A DNA stretch of 64,000 nucleotides from the NCBI GenBank assembly GCA_965202655.1, contig CBDBBK010000001.1:296797-360796 (forward strand). The letters run 5' to 3'. The translations under genes and the position numbers were made by a program. The stretch is from Vicinamibacterales bacterium. Lineage in GTDB: Bacteria > Acidobacteriota > Vicinamibacteria > Vicinamibacterales > UBA8438. Position 1 is the first letter of the stretch; the number at the start of each line of letters is the position of its first letter. Below the pieces are notes generated by a model that was not told the DNA's origin, made no database searches, and was given only the letters and a program-made list of their open reading frames with translations. This document shows, one piece after another, positions 9,764 through 18,729 of this stretch.

Positions 9764-10358
9764 ATGAGCAGTATTGCCACGACGCGCGGCGATGGCGGCG
9801 AAACCGGTCTCGTGGGTGGGGCGCGCGTTCGGAAGTCGTCGCCTCACATCGAGGCGTGCGGAACGGTGGACGAACTGAACGCCCAGGTCGGCTTCGCCCG
9901 ATCGATCTGCCGGGACGAACAGGTGGGCGCTCTGCTGAAGGAAATCCAGCGCGAGCTGTTCGTCGTCGGGGGCGAGCTGGTCACGCCGGCAGGCGCACCC
10001 GAGACGAAGGGCGGACGCGCGCTCAGCCGCGTAACCGACGCGATGGTCGAGCGGCTGACCGCCGAGGTGCATCGCATCGAGGGAATCGAAGGGGGTTCTG
10101 GGCGACTGGTCGCTCCCGGGCGAAGATCCCGTCGCCTCGGCCCTCGACGTCGCGCGAACCGTCTGCCGCCGGGCCGAACGGGATGCCGTCCGCCTGACGG
10201 AAGCGGGAGCGGACGTGCGGCCGCCCGTGCTCGCGTATCTCAACCGGCTCTCGGATCTGCTCTGGTTGTGCGGCCGCCTGCTGGAGCATCAGGCCGGCCT
10301 CGATGCCTCCCTCCGGACCGACGACCGGCCCGGACCGAGCTGGTCCCGCGCCTGGTGA
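9764..10358 (+). pseudogene. PduO-type ATP:cob(I)alamin adenosyltransferase with an apparent +1 frameshift at a G5 run (10091-10095)
   Basis: GGGAGGA SD, then ATG 9764. The N-terminal part, TTRGDGGETGLVGGARVRKSSPHIEACGTVDELNAQVGFAR...EIQRELFVVGGEL, is classic PduO-type. After 10095 the family-typical C-terminus, VLGDWSLPGEDPVASALDVARTVCRRAERDAVRL...LNRLSDLLWLCGRLLEHQAG, is found only in the +1 frame and stops at 10356-10358. The in-frame continuation to 10642 is Arg/Pro-rich nonsense. Confidence 0.8.
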
Positions 10359-10381
10359 CCCAGCGCGCAGGCCGACTGCCG

Positions 10382-10954
10382 TCAGTCCTGGGCGTCTTCC
10401 GCCGGCCGCGGATCGGAGAATCCCGGGTACCAGTAGATCGCGTGGCAGGCTTCGCACGCGAGGTGCAGCTCGGTGCCGGCGTTGAGCAGCGCGTCGACGT
10501 CGCGCGCGTCGATGGCGTCGAGCACGGTCTGACTGCTCGCCCCCAGTCCCTGCGACACGTCCACCCACGTCTCCCAGTCCTCGTCGACCAGGGTCTGAAT
10601 CGCATCCGGATGCAGATCGATCCCCGGCAATTCCGAGCGTGACGTCGGAGCGGCTATCCGGCGTCCTTCCACCAGCAGGAGGTTGGCCGACTCGGCCAGC
10701 GTCACGGCGTGGCGCCGCAGGCGGATCCAGTCGCCATCGGACTCCGGCACGATCTCGATGATGCCCTCGGGAGTGGCGTCCACCACGACGGCGTCCCAGA
10801 CCGCGTCGGCGGCCGGGTCGATCATCGTGCGCATCAGTTCCTCGACCGTCGCGGTCGGACGGAACGCGGAGGGCTCCGGCGCCGCCGCGCAGCCCGGGAG
10901 ACCGAGCAGCAGCAGGAACGGCGCCACCCCGGGCACGGGGAAGCAACGTCGCAT
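10382..10954 (-). CDS. Lipoprotein, class II (cytochrome c-prime/b562-like) cytochrome c
   Basis: Lipobox LLLLGLPGC. Single CEACH heme motif about 20 residues from the C-terminus, as in four-helix-bundle class II cytochromes c. Its ATG shares one nucleotide with the TAA of the upstream gene. Confidence 0.7.
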   Translation of the reverse strand: MRRCFPVPGVAPFLLLLGLPGCAAAPEPSAFRPTATVEELMRTMIDPAADAVWDAVVVDATPEGIIEIVPESDGDWIRLRRHAVTLAESANLLLVEGRRIAAPTSRSELPGIDLHPDAIQTLVDEDWETWVDVSQGLGASSQTVLDAIDARDVDALLNAGTELHLACEACHAIYWYPGFSDPRPAEDAQD

Positions 10955-11943
10955 TATCCGTTCAGATCGACCAGGCCCCGGCCCGCCATGTTGCCGGCCA
11001 GGATCGTGTCGATGGCATCCGACAGCGTCTCGAGCGTCAGCGGCACGACCAGCGCCTCGAGGTCAAGCCTCCACGGTCCGGCCAGCCGGTTCCAGATCTC
11101 CCGCTTCCGCTCCAGGGGCAGCACGACCGAGTCGACTCCCAGCAGGTTGACACCCCGCAGTATGAACGGGAAGACGGTGGCCGGAATCTCCGGCGAAGCC
11201 ACCAGGCCGCAGGCGGCCACGCTCGCGTCGTAGCGGAGCGCTTTGACCACGTTGAAGAGCATCGGCCCGCCGACGGTGTCGACGGCGCCGCCCCACTTCG
11301 GCCGCAGCAGCGGCCTGTTCGCGCCTTCCAGCGCCTCCTCGCGCGAAAGGATGGTGCTCGCGCCGAGATCCCGGAGAAAACCGTGCCGCGACGTCTTGCC
11401 GGTCACCGCATGCACGTCGTAGCCCAGCTTCGCCAGCAGCCTGACGGCAACCGATCCCACGCCGCCCGTCGCGCCGGTCACCACCACGGGCCCGCCCTCC
11501 GCCGTCATGCCGGCCGCTTCCAGCTTGTCGACCGAGAGCGCGGCCGTGAATCCGGCGGTCCCGAGGATCATGCTGCTGCGCGCATCGAGACCGTCCGGCA
11601 TGGGGATGGCCCAGTCGGCCGGCACCCGGATCCGCTGGCCGAACCCGCCCGGCGTGCTCATGCCGAGATCGAAGCCGCAGACAATCACCGCGTCGCCCGG
11701 CGAGAAGTCGGGAGAGGCGGATTCCACCACCGTGCCGGCGGCGTCGATGCCCGGAGTATGGGGGAAGCTGCGAGTGACCCCCGGGTTGCCGATGGCCGAG
11801 AGCCCGTCCTTGTAGTTGAGCGACGACCAGCGGACGTCGATCAGCAGGTCGCCGGGCGGCAGATCGTCCACCTCCCGCTCGACGATGCTCCGGACGAACT
11901 GCCCGTCTTCCGTTTTCTCGACCCGGAACGCGCGAAACGACAT
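10954..11943 (-). CDS. YhdH/AcuI-type NADPH:quinone (acrylyl-CoA) reductase, MDR superfamily
   Basis: IDVRWSSLNYKDGLSAIGNPGVTRSFPHTPGIDAAG and VVVTGATGGVGSVAVRLLAKLGY are typical of the YhdH/YhfP subgroup of zinc-free MDRs. Confidence 0.85.
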   Translation of the reverse strand: MSFRAFRVEKTEDGQFVRSIVEREVDDLPPGDLLIDVRWSSLNYKDGLSAIGNPGVTRSFPHTPGIDAAGTVVESASPDFSPGDAVIVCGFDLGMSTPGGFGQRIRVPADWAIPMPDGLDARSSMILGTAGFTAALSVDKLEAAGMTAEGGPVVVTGATGGVGSVAVRLLAKLGYDVHAVTGKTSRHGFLRDLGASTILSREEALEGANRPLLRPKWGGAVDTVGGPMLFNVVKALRYDASVAACGLVASPEIPATVFPFILRGVNLLGVDSVVLPLERKREIWNRLAGPWRLDLEALVVPLTLETLSDAIDTILAGNMAGRGLVDLNG

Positions 11944-11949
11944 CCGTCC

Positions 11950-12645
11950 TCAGTCCTCTTTCCACGGGTTGTTGGCGAAGATCGCCAGTTCCGGCCACAA
12001 CGCGCGGGGGTGCATCTCGAGCGCCGCCATGATGGTCTGCGCGATGTCGACCGCGTACAACTTGTTCGGATTGTTCCGGCCGGTCTTTCCCATCCAGTTG
12101 GTCTGCACTTCCGAAGGCAGGACGGAGATGACGTGGACGCCGTGCGGTCGCAGCTCCGCCTGCCAGCACTGGCTGATGCCGCGTACGGCCCACTTGCTCG
12201 CGGCGTATACCGTCCCGCCGGCCGCGCCCTTCATGCCGGACGTCGACGCGACGTTGATGATGGCGCCGCTCTGCTGCGCCTTGAGCATCGGGGCGACGCG
12301 GTTCGTCAGGTCGACCAGGCCGAACACGTTGATGTCGAAGAGGGCGCGCATCCGGTCCATTTCGATCGCGCCGAGCGGGTTGGCGTAACCGATCCCCGCG
12401 TTGTTGACGAGAATGTCCAGCCCGCCCATCCGTTCGACGCAGGTATCCACCGTGCGCTGGTTGTCGTCCGCGACGGCGACGTCCGCCTGGATGCCGTGCG
12501 CGCCGGTCGCGGTGGCGACCGCCGCGATGCGCGCCTCGTCCCGCCCGGTGAAGACGACGTCATGGCCCCGCTCGCGCGCCAGCCGGACGAGCGCCTCGCC
12601 GATGCCCTGGCTCGCGCCCGTAATCAGGAATCGTTGTCTCTCCAT
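11950..12645 (-). CDS. Short-chain dehydrogenase/reductase (SDR)
   Basis: TGASQGIG cofactor motif, NNAG, and the YAASKWAV catalytic YxxxK. Confidence 0.9.
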   Translation of the reverse strand: MERQRFLITGASQGIGEALVRLARERGHDVVFTGRDEARIAAVATATGAHGIQADVAVADDNQRTVDTCVERMGGLDILVNNAGIGYANPLGAIEMDRMRALFDINVFGLVDLTNRVAPMLKAQQSGAIINVASTSGMKGAAGGTVYAASKWAVRGISQCWQAELRPHGVHVISVLPSEVQTNWMGKTGRNNPNKLYAVDIAQTIMAALEMHPRALWPELAIFANNPWKED

Positions 12646-12815
12646 GGTCTTCCTCGTGGTCGCCGGGTTGAACGCGGTCTACTCCGCATACACGGGCGGC
12701 GCGTCCTGCCGCCCCGGGAGCCCGTGGTGAGCCCCCGGTTGCCTTCGAGGGGCGATGCGTCCCGCCTGAACGGCGTTGCTCCCCGGCTCGGAGCGGGGCG
12801 GGCGGGGACAGGCCG

Positions 12816-13229
12816 TCAGTCCGCCGGACGGATCGGACCGCCGTCGGCCCTGGTGAGCTCGGCGCAGCACATGCCGTGCGTTCCCGGAGCCCGCGACGGC
12901 TGGCCGACCGCGCGGATCGTGTCGCCCACCTCGATGGTCTCGGGACTCCAGCCGCGGCGGCTCATCGAGACGGCGGTGCCCATCTCGATCTCCCAGTGGA
13001 TCGTCTCGCCGTTCTCATCCTCGCCATCGAGGAAGAGAAACGAGTGGGGATTCCGGAACAGGAAACGGGTAACGGTGCCGATCGCCTCCACGCTCTTCGT
13101 GTTGTCGTAGAACGGGGCGCTCGCGTGGTGCGCCGTCGCCGGCGCGCCGGTCAGGACAATCGCAAGGGCCACCGCCGCCGCGGCCGCCGTTGCCCAAAGC
13201 AGGATTCTCACCGATCTACCCTCCTTCAT
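12816..13229 (-). CDS. DUF6152-like small exported protein
   Basis: ORF 12816..13343 trimmed to ATG 13229. The signal peptide ends in ATAHHASAPF, and NPHSFLFLDGEDENGETIHWEIEMG follows. It resembles the second copy at 33572..34033 (AHHAFGAEFD...NPHTWIHMEV). Confidence 0.65.
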   Translation of the reverse strand: MKEGRSVRILLWATAAAAAVALAIVLTGAPATAHHASAPFYDNTKSVEAIGTVTRFLFRNPHSFLFLDGEDENGETIHWEIEMGTAVSMSRRGWSPETIEVGDTIRAVGQPSRAPGTHGMCCAELTRADGGPIRPAD

Positions 13230-13243
13230 CGTCACCGGCGCCG

Positions 13244-13981
13244 CTACTGGTACTTCGGGACCATGAACTTCACCGGCATGCGCGCGATCTCGGGGTCGCA
13301 CTCGTAGGACTGCAGCTTGTAACCCTCCGGCGCCGGGTTCCACTGCGTCGTGAAGGCCGCCGGCTCGCGGAGGAAGAGTTCGTCCTCCACCGTTACCGTT
13401 ACCTTCAACTGCTCCTCTTCGCGCCAGTAGCGCTCCGTCACCTTCTTGAGCTGCGACGACGGAATGCCGTTGTAGTCATCGAAGCCACTGATGTCGAAAG
13501 TGAAATGCGTGGTCGTCACGACCAGCGCTCCGTCCTCGTAGTGACCGACCGACACGCCCTGCAGGCTGTAGTCGAGCACTGTCGGCTCGCGGCCGTCCAG
13601 CCAGACGGTGCGCAACTGATCGTCTTTCTCGTAGCGGAGCAGCACCCGGTCGGGCCACTGCACCACTTCCATCATGTAGGGGTCGTAGATCAGCGCCGGG
13701 GGCGTCGACGGCACGCAGTCGTACTTCGCCGCGATCGCCTCGTCGAACGCCTCCTGGTAGGCCAGGCCCCGTTCATTGAGCACGGGGAAGTTCTCGCCGG
13801 GCACCCACGGCATGTTCGGGCCGTTGATGGGCCGCGAGCCGGGTCCGCCGTCCCACGTCCCCTCGAGGTCCGGGATCTCCGCGGCGCCGTCCTGTGCGGA
13901 CCCGACGCCCGGCGCGCCCCACAGCAACAGCGCCGCCACGATCATGATCACCCGCGTCCGTGCATCCACCCATTTCGGCAT
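13244..13981 (-). CDS. Exported protein, distant relative of the ACHEGNY family
   Basis: ORF 13244..14041 trimmed to ATG 13981 (MPKWVDARTRVIMIVAALLLWGAPGVGSAQ). It keeps the family layout: PDLEGTW near the mature N-terminus, a first Cys (KYDCVP), QWPDRVLLRYE, GHYEDGALVVTTTHF, VTERYW, VEDELFLREP and a C-terminal Cys (YECDPE). The His-Glu-Gly-Asn-Tyr tail is absent. Confidence 0.6.
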   Translation of the reverse strand: MPKWVDARTRVIMIVAALLLWGAPGVGSAQDGAAEIPDLEGTWDGGPGSRPINGPNMPWVPGENFPVLNERGLAYQEAFDEAIAAKYDCVPSTPPALIYDPYMMEVVQWPDRVLLRYEKDDQLRTVWLDGREPTVLDYSLQGVSVGHYEDGALVVTTTHFTFDISGFDDYNGIPSSQLKKVTERYWREEEQLKVTVTVEDELFLREPAAFTTQWNPAPEGYKLQSYECDPEIARMPVKFMVPKYQ

Positions 13982-14053
13982 GGTCGCTGAACCTCTCGCT
14001 TTCGTCTGTCCTGCAGGCGATTCTACACTGGGCCGCTCCATTTCGGGCCGCCG

Positions 14054-15793
14054 TCAGTTCTCCCTCGGCAGCGCGAAGGCGAGGATCAGGTCGCCGCCCC
14101 GCCGGCCCCGGTCGCCGCCGCCCGACGCGACCGTTACGAACTGTTCGCCGTTCACCATGTAGACGGAAGGAGACGAGAAAACTCCGGCGCCGGTGTTGAA
14201 GCGGTAGAGCTCTTCGCCCGTGCGCGCGTCCATCGCGAAGAAATAGCCGGCGATGTTACTCCCGGTGCCGACGAAGACCACGCCGCCGGAAGTCACCACC
14301 GGTCCCGCCTGGCCGTAGCCCTCGTAGATCCGCCGCCAGACCATCTCGCCGGTCGTCGGATCGTAGGCCGTGAAGAACATCCGCGGACCACGCCCCGAAT
14401 TGAAGGGCTGATCGATGGCGTTGACGTAGAGCAGACCGGTCTGCTCGCTGTAGGCGAGCGGCCCGTAGCTCGGGCCTCCGCCGTAGCCGGGGGCGAAGAT
14501 CTGATCCGGGGCCATCGGCGTGTACATCGGTACGAGGGTCTTGCCCTCGGCATGATCGGCGGGAATCAACTCCGGGAAGATGGGCGACGCCGGCAGCATC
14601 GGCTCGCCGGCCGCGGTGTGCGGAATCGGCTGCGTCGGCCACGGCTCCTCGCCCTCGCGCTCGGTCGCGGTCGGCACCGGTGTCTCGACGATCGAGTGGA
14701 TCGGCTCGCCGGTCTCCCGGTTCAGCAGATACACGAAGCTGTTCTTGTTGGCCTGGGCCAGCGCGGGCACCCGCTCGCCGTCCACCTCCATGTCGAAAAG
14801 GATCGGTTGGCTCCCGTTGTCGTAGTCCCAGACGTCGTGGTGGACGAGCTGGTAGTACCAGCGCAGTTCCCCGTCGTCGAGACTGAGCGCCACCACCGAG
14901 TCGCTAAAGAGATTCATGCCGTCCCGCGCCGTGCTGTCGCCGAACGGGTTGCCCACCGCGACGTACAGCAGGCCCAGTTCCGGGTCGATCGACGGCGTTT
15001 CCCAGATGCCGCCTCCCTCTCGCCCGCCACCGACCCAGGTGGGACCGGCAATGTCCCATCCCTGATCGTTCTCGTCCTGCGGGATCGTGTTGAAGTGCCA
15101 GAGCACCTCGCCCGTCTTCGCGTCGACGGCCAGCACGTGGCCGCCCGGAATCAGGCTCTCGCTCCGCGTGGAGCCGACGTAGATGACGCCGTCGTGGATC
15201 TGCGGCGCCGTCGTGAACCAGTAGCCCATCGAAATGGCGGTCTCGACATCGGGGTAGCGAAGCCGCAGCACGTCGAGGATGACCGACGCCTGGCCATTGT
15301 CGCCGAACGTCTCGATCGGCTCCCCCGTCTCGGCGTCGAGCGCGAAGATGAACGACCCCGCGGCGCTGTAGACGACGCCATCCTCGTAGGTCGGACCGCG
15401 GTGTCGGAAGATGTAGCCCTCCGCGCGTCCCCCGCCGAGCAGGTTGGTCACGTCGTAGGTCCAGAGATGATGCCCGTCGTGGGCGTCGACGGCGTAGACG
15501 CTGCCCCGCGAATCGGTCAGGTACATCACGCCGTCGATGACGATCGGCGTCGTCTGGTTGCTGACCCCGTCGATGACGCCATGCTGGAACAGCCAGCGCG
15601 GCTCCAGCCGGTGGGCGTTCTCCGGCGTGATCTGGTCGAGCTCGGCGTAGCGGCTGCCGTGCAGGTCGAGATTGTGCAGGCGCCAGTCGACGTTCTGCTG
15701 CCCCAGTGCCGGCGTTGCTCCTCCCAGGAACAGCGCTGCCGCCGCAGCCACGGCGGTGCCCGAACGAGCCGTCAATCGGTGCCTGTGCGTCAT
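14054..15793 (-). CDS. PQQ-dependent dehydrogenase (quinoprotein alcohol dehydrogenase-like beta-propeller), exported
   Basis: ORF 14054..15829 trimmed to ATG 15793. Signal peptide, then DWRLHNLDLHGSRYAELDQITPENAHRLEPRW and repeated propeller blades (GVMYLTDSRGSVYAVDAHDGHHLW, VLAVDAKTGEVLW, FFAMDARTGEELY). Confidence 0.85.
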   Translation of the reverse strand: MTHRHRLTARSGTAVAAAAALFLGGATPALGQQNVDWRLHNLDLHGSRYAELDQITPENAHRLEPRWLFQHGVIDGVSNQTTPIVIDGVMYLTDSRGSVYAVDAHDGHHLWTYDVTNLLGGGRAEGYIFRHRGPTYEDGVVYSAAGSFIFALDAETGEPIETFGDNGQASVILDVLRLRYPDVETAISMGYWFTTAPQIHDGVIYVGSTRSESLIPGGHVLAVDAKTGEVLWHFNTIPQDENDQGWDIAGPTWVGGGREGGGIWETPSIDPELGLLYVAVGNPFGDSTARDGMNLFSDSVVALSLDDGELRWYYQLVHHDVWDYDNGSQPILFDMEVDGERVPALAQANKNSFVYLLNRETGEPIHSIVETPVPTATEREGEEPWPTQPIPHTAAGEPMLPASPIFPELIPADHAEGKTLVPMYTPMAPDQIFAPGYGGGPSYGPLAYSEQTGLLYVNAIDQPFNSGRGPRMFFTAYDPTTGEMVWRRIYEGYGQAGPVVTSGGVVFVGTGSNIAGYFFAMDARTGEELYRFNTGAGVFSSPSVYMVNGEQFVTVASGGGDRGRRGGDLILAFALPREN

Positions 15794-15912
15794 CGGTCGA
15801 CCTCCAGCCGAAAAGCATAGTCGAATCACCCGGGCGGAGCGTTGCGGCGTTGTCTTCTCCCGCGGGGGGGCGTAAGGTGCAGCAAGCGGCGTTACGAAGG
15901 GAGCGGTAAGCC

Positions 15913-17091
15913 ATGGCGACCATCGACCGGCGGCGTTTCCTCGGGGTCGGCGCGCTCGGCGTGGGCTACGGCCTCGGGGCGACCGGTACGGTCGAAGCCC
16001 AGGGCGGATCGGCGGCCTCCCCGGGCCCGGCGGAGTCGCGCGAGGTGCGCATGGTGGGCGACGGCCTCGGTCTCACTCCCGCGGAGTCGGCGAAGCTGCT
16101 GGCCGAGCTCGCCGCCGATGGCGGCATCGTGCGGGACTCCTACTCGAACGGCGGCGCGGTCGAGCGGCTCGAGAACACGTTCGCGGAACTGCTCGGCAAG
16201 GAGCGAGCGGTGTTCATGCCGACCGGCACCCTGGCGAACCACCTCGCGGTTCGCGCGCTGGCGGGGGGAACCGGACGGGCCATCGTGCAGGCCGACAGCC
16301 ACCTGTACAACGACTCGGGCGACTGCGTGCAGACGCTCAGCGGCATCACCCTCATACCGCTCGGCGCCGGACGTCCCGACTTTACGGCCGTGGACGTGGA
16401 AGCGACCCTCGACCGCACCGCCAGCGGGCGGGTGGAGACGCCGGTCCGGGTCATCTCGATCGAGACTCCGGTCCGCCGCCATTACGGGGCCACCTTCGAT
16501 CGCGGCGAGCTGAGCCGAATCGCGTCGCTGGCGCAACGCGAGGGGATCCGCCTCCATCTCGACGGCGCCCGCATCTTCCTGCAGGCGGCGTACGAAGGAC
16601 GCGCCGTCGCCGAATACGCCGCGCCGTTCGACACCGTCTACGTGTCGCTTTACAAGTACTTCAACGCGCCGTCCGGGGCGATCCTCGCCGGCCCCCGCGC
16701 CCTGCTCGACGACATGTACCACACGCGGCGCATGTTCGGCGCCGGACTGCCGGCGGCGTGGCCTTTCGCCGCGATAGCTCACCACTACCTGCCCGGCTTC
16801 ATCGACCGCTACCGTCAGGCCATCGACGTCTCGACGTCGTGGTCGGCAAAGATCGCGAGGCACGACGCGTTCTCGATCGAGCCGGTCGCCAAGGGAACCA
16901 ACCTGTCCTGGCTGAGGCCGAGGACCGGCGATGCCGCCGCTTTCCGGCGCCGGCTGCGCGATGCGGGCGTCACGGTGAGCGAGCCTCGCGGCGGCCGCAT
17001 GCTGATCGGCGTCAACGAAACCTGGAATCGCCGCCCGGCCGACGAACTGGCGGAGCTGTTCGCAGCCGCGGTCCAGAACCCTGCGCCGTAA
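15913..17091 (+). CDS. Threonine aldolase-like/beta-eliminating lyase family PLP enzyme with Tat signal
   Basis: DRRRFLGVGALGVG twin-arginine motif. FMPTGTLANHLAVRAL, HLDGARIF and YVSLYKYFNAP (putative PLP-Lys region) resemble low-specificity threonine aldolases. Confidence 0.75.
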   Translation: MATIDRRRFLGVGALGVGYGLGATGTVEAQGGSAASPGPAESREVRMVGDGLGLTPAESAKLLAELAADGGIVRDSYSNGGAVERLENTFAELLGKERAVFMPTGTLANHLAVRALAGGTGRAIVQADSHLYNDSGDCVQTLSGITLIPLGAGRPDFTAVDVEATLDRTASGRVETPVRVISIETPVRRHYGATFDRGELSRIASLAQREGIRLHLDGARIFLQAAYEGRAVAEYAAPFDTVYVSLYKYFNAPSGAILAGPRALLDDMYHTRRMFGAGLPAAWPFAAIAHHYLPGFIDRYRQAIDVSTSWSAKIARHDAFSIEPVAKGTNLSWLRPRTGDAAAFRRRLRDAGVTVSEPRGGRMLIGVNETWNRRPADELAELFAAAVQNPAP

Positions 17092-17150
17092 CTTCCAACG
17101 CGCCCGCCAGGGCGCGCTGGTTGCCGGCGGCCTGCGGTATCAACGGCGCG

Positions 17151-17522
17151 TCAGGAAGAGCGCAGCGCGGCGACCGCCAGCAGCGCCCAGCCCGCGATCA
17201 TGCACAGGCCGCCGATTGGCGTGATCGCACCCAGCCAGCGGATGCCGGAGACGGAGAGGACGTACAGGCTGCCGGAGAAGATCACGATGCCCGCCACGAA
17301 CAGCCATCCGGCAACGCCGACGAGCGGACCGGGCCAGCGGGAGGCCGCCCAGGCGACGACGAAGAGGGCGAGGGCGTGAATGAAGTGGTAGCGGACACCC
17401 GTCTCGAAGATCGCGAGCATGTCGGCGCTGAGGCGATCGCGCAGCGTATGTGCGCCGAACGCGCCGAGCATGACGCCGAACCCGCACAACGCCGCGCCCG
17501 CCGCGAACCACCCGGCCACCAT
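17151..17522 (-). CDS. DUF423 (YgdD/TMEM256-like) membrane protein
   Basis: ORF 17151..17606 trimmed to ATG 17522. GAFGAHTLRDRL...TGVRYHFIHALAL...VFSGSLY is the DUF423 pattern. About 123 aa with 4 TM segments. Confidence 0.8.
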   Translation of the reverse strand: MVAGWFAAGAALCGFGVMLGAFGAHTLRDRLSADMLAIFETGVRYHFIHALALFVVAWAASRWPGPLVGVAGWLFVAGIVIFSGSLYVLSVSGIRWLGAITPIGGLCMIAGWALLAVAALRSS

Positions 17523-17541
17523 CCCTCTATATGATACCGCC

Positions 17542-18690
17542 GTGGTCACGAACTGGGCCGCGTTCTCGGAGTTTCTTGGCGGAGAGCTGCGTGATCTGCT
17601 TTCCACGGACCTTGCGCAGGTCCGCTACGGCGACACCGGCACCGCGGTGCTGGTGGCGTTGGCGGTCGTTACCGCGGCGCTCCTGACGGCGGGCCGCCTG
17701 GCCCTGCTTCGCCGGCGGCATGCGCGCCGCCACTCGGGTTACCGGGTTCCGCGGCGGTTCCATCGCGGCTGGCCCGGCCGCGTTCTGCACGCCGTACCGA
17801 AGATCGCGCTGGGTCTCGCCCTCCTGATGGTCCTCGTGGCGCTCTCCGATCCGTTTCTCACGTCGAGCGAGCGGGTCACCGGGAACGTGGAGTCGCGCGT
17901 GCGGATCGACCTCGTCGACACGTCCCTCTCCATGGCGTGGGAGTTCGCGAACAGCGACCGATCGCGCGCCGAAGTGGCGCGCGAGGCGCACCTCGAGTTC
18001 CTCGAAATGCGACGCCAGAAGAACGACCGCGTGTCGCTCTGGCTCTTCTCGTCCTATCCCTACATGGTGGATGACTTCGTCCTCGACGACGAGCTCTACT
18101 ACTTCCAGGTGATGGAAGCGCCCTGGGTGACGGTGAAGATCCTGGCGAGCGAGCCGGGCGCCGCGCGCGATCGCTTTTTCGTCCCGGAGGACAAGGTGCG
18201 GATCATCGACTCCGAGGGAACCACGAACATCACGCGCGCCCTGCAGTCGATCATCCGGCACTTCGACCGCGACGCTTCCGTCGTCAACCGGGGCGCGCCG
18301 GAGAGCCGCGCCCTGCTGATCATCACCGACGCCGACGTCGACGAGATTCCCGAGGCGGAGCTCGCCGCTCTGAACGCCCGAAACGTGATCCCCTACATCG
18401 TCTACATCAATACGCTGGCCGAGACCTCGACGCAGGAGGATGCCGACCGCGTCCTGCTGATAGACCGAATCCGCGACTTCGGCGGGGACTACTTCGACGT
18501 GTCCACGGAGAACGGGCTGCAGGAGGCTTACGCGGCGATTGACGAACGCGAGACGGTCGCCGTCCCGCTGACGCACCGCGCCCTGAAGGTCCCCATCTAT
18601 TCCCGGTTCCTGCTCATCAGCCTGGCGCTGATGGTGGTCGGTATTCCGGCCGGCTTTCTCGCCGAGCTGGTCTGGGGCACCCATCCCTAG
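17542..18690 (+). CDS. Membrane-anchored von Willebrand factor A (VWA) domain protein (BatA-like)
   Basis: ORF 17419..18690. Its 5' part overlaps the DUF423 gene, so I chose in-frame GTG 17542; this start is uncertain. Two N-terminal TM segments, then the MIDAS-like DLVDTSLSM, then ALLIITDADVD. Confidence 0.65.
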   Translation: MVTNWAAFSEFLGGELRDLLSTDLAQVRYGDTGTAVLVALAVVTAALLTAGRLALLRRRHARRHSGYRVPRRFHRGWPGRVLHAVPKIALGLALLMVLVALSDPFLTSSERVTGNVESRVRIDLVDTSLSMAWEFANSDRSRAEVAREAHLEFLEMRRQKNDRVSLWLFSSYPYMVDDFVLDDELYYFQVMEAPWVTVKILASEPGAARDRFFVPEDKVRIIDSEGTTNITRALQSIIRHFDRDASVVNRGAPESRALLIITDADVDEIPEAELAALNARNVIPYIVYINTLAETSTQEDADRVLLIDRIRDFGGDYFDVSTENGLQEAYAAIDERETVAVPLTHRALKVPIYSRFLLISLALMVVGIPAGFLAELVWGTHP

Positions 18691-18729
18691 GGGCCGTCGC
18701 AAACCCCTGCTGCACTCGAGCGAGCGGCG

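Noticed and set aside
9764-10642. Intact 292-aa adenosyltransferase as listed in the ORF track
   Set aside because: After residue ~110 the in-frame sequence is Arg/Pro-rich nonsense that overlaps the convergent cytochrome gene. The genuine C-terminus is in the +1 frame and ends at 10358.
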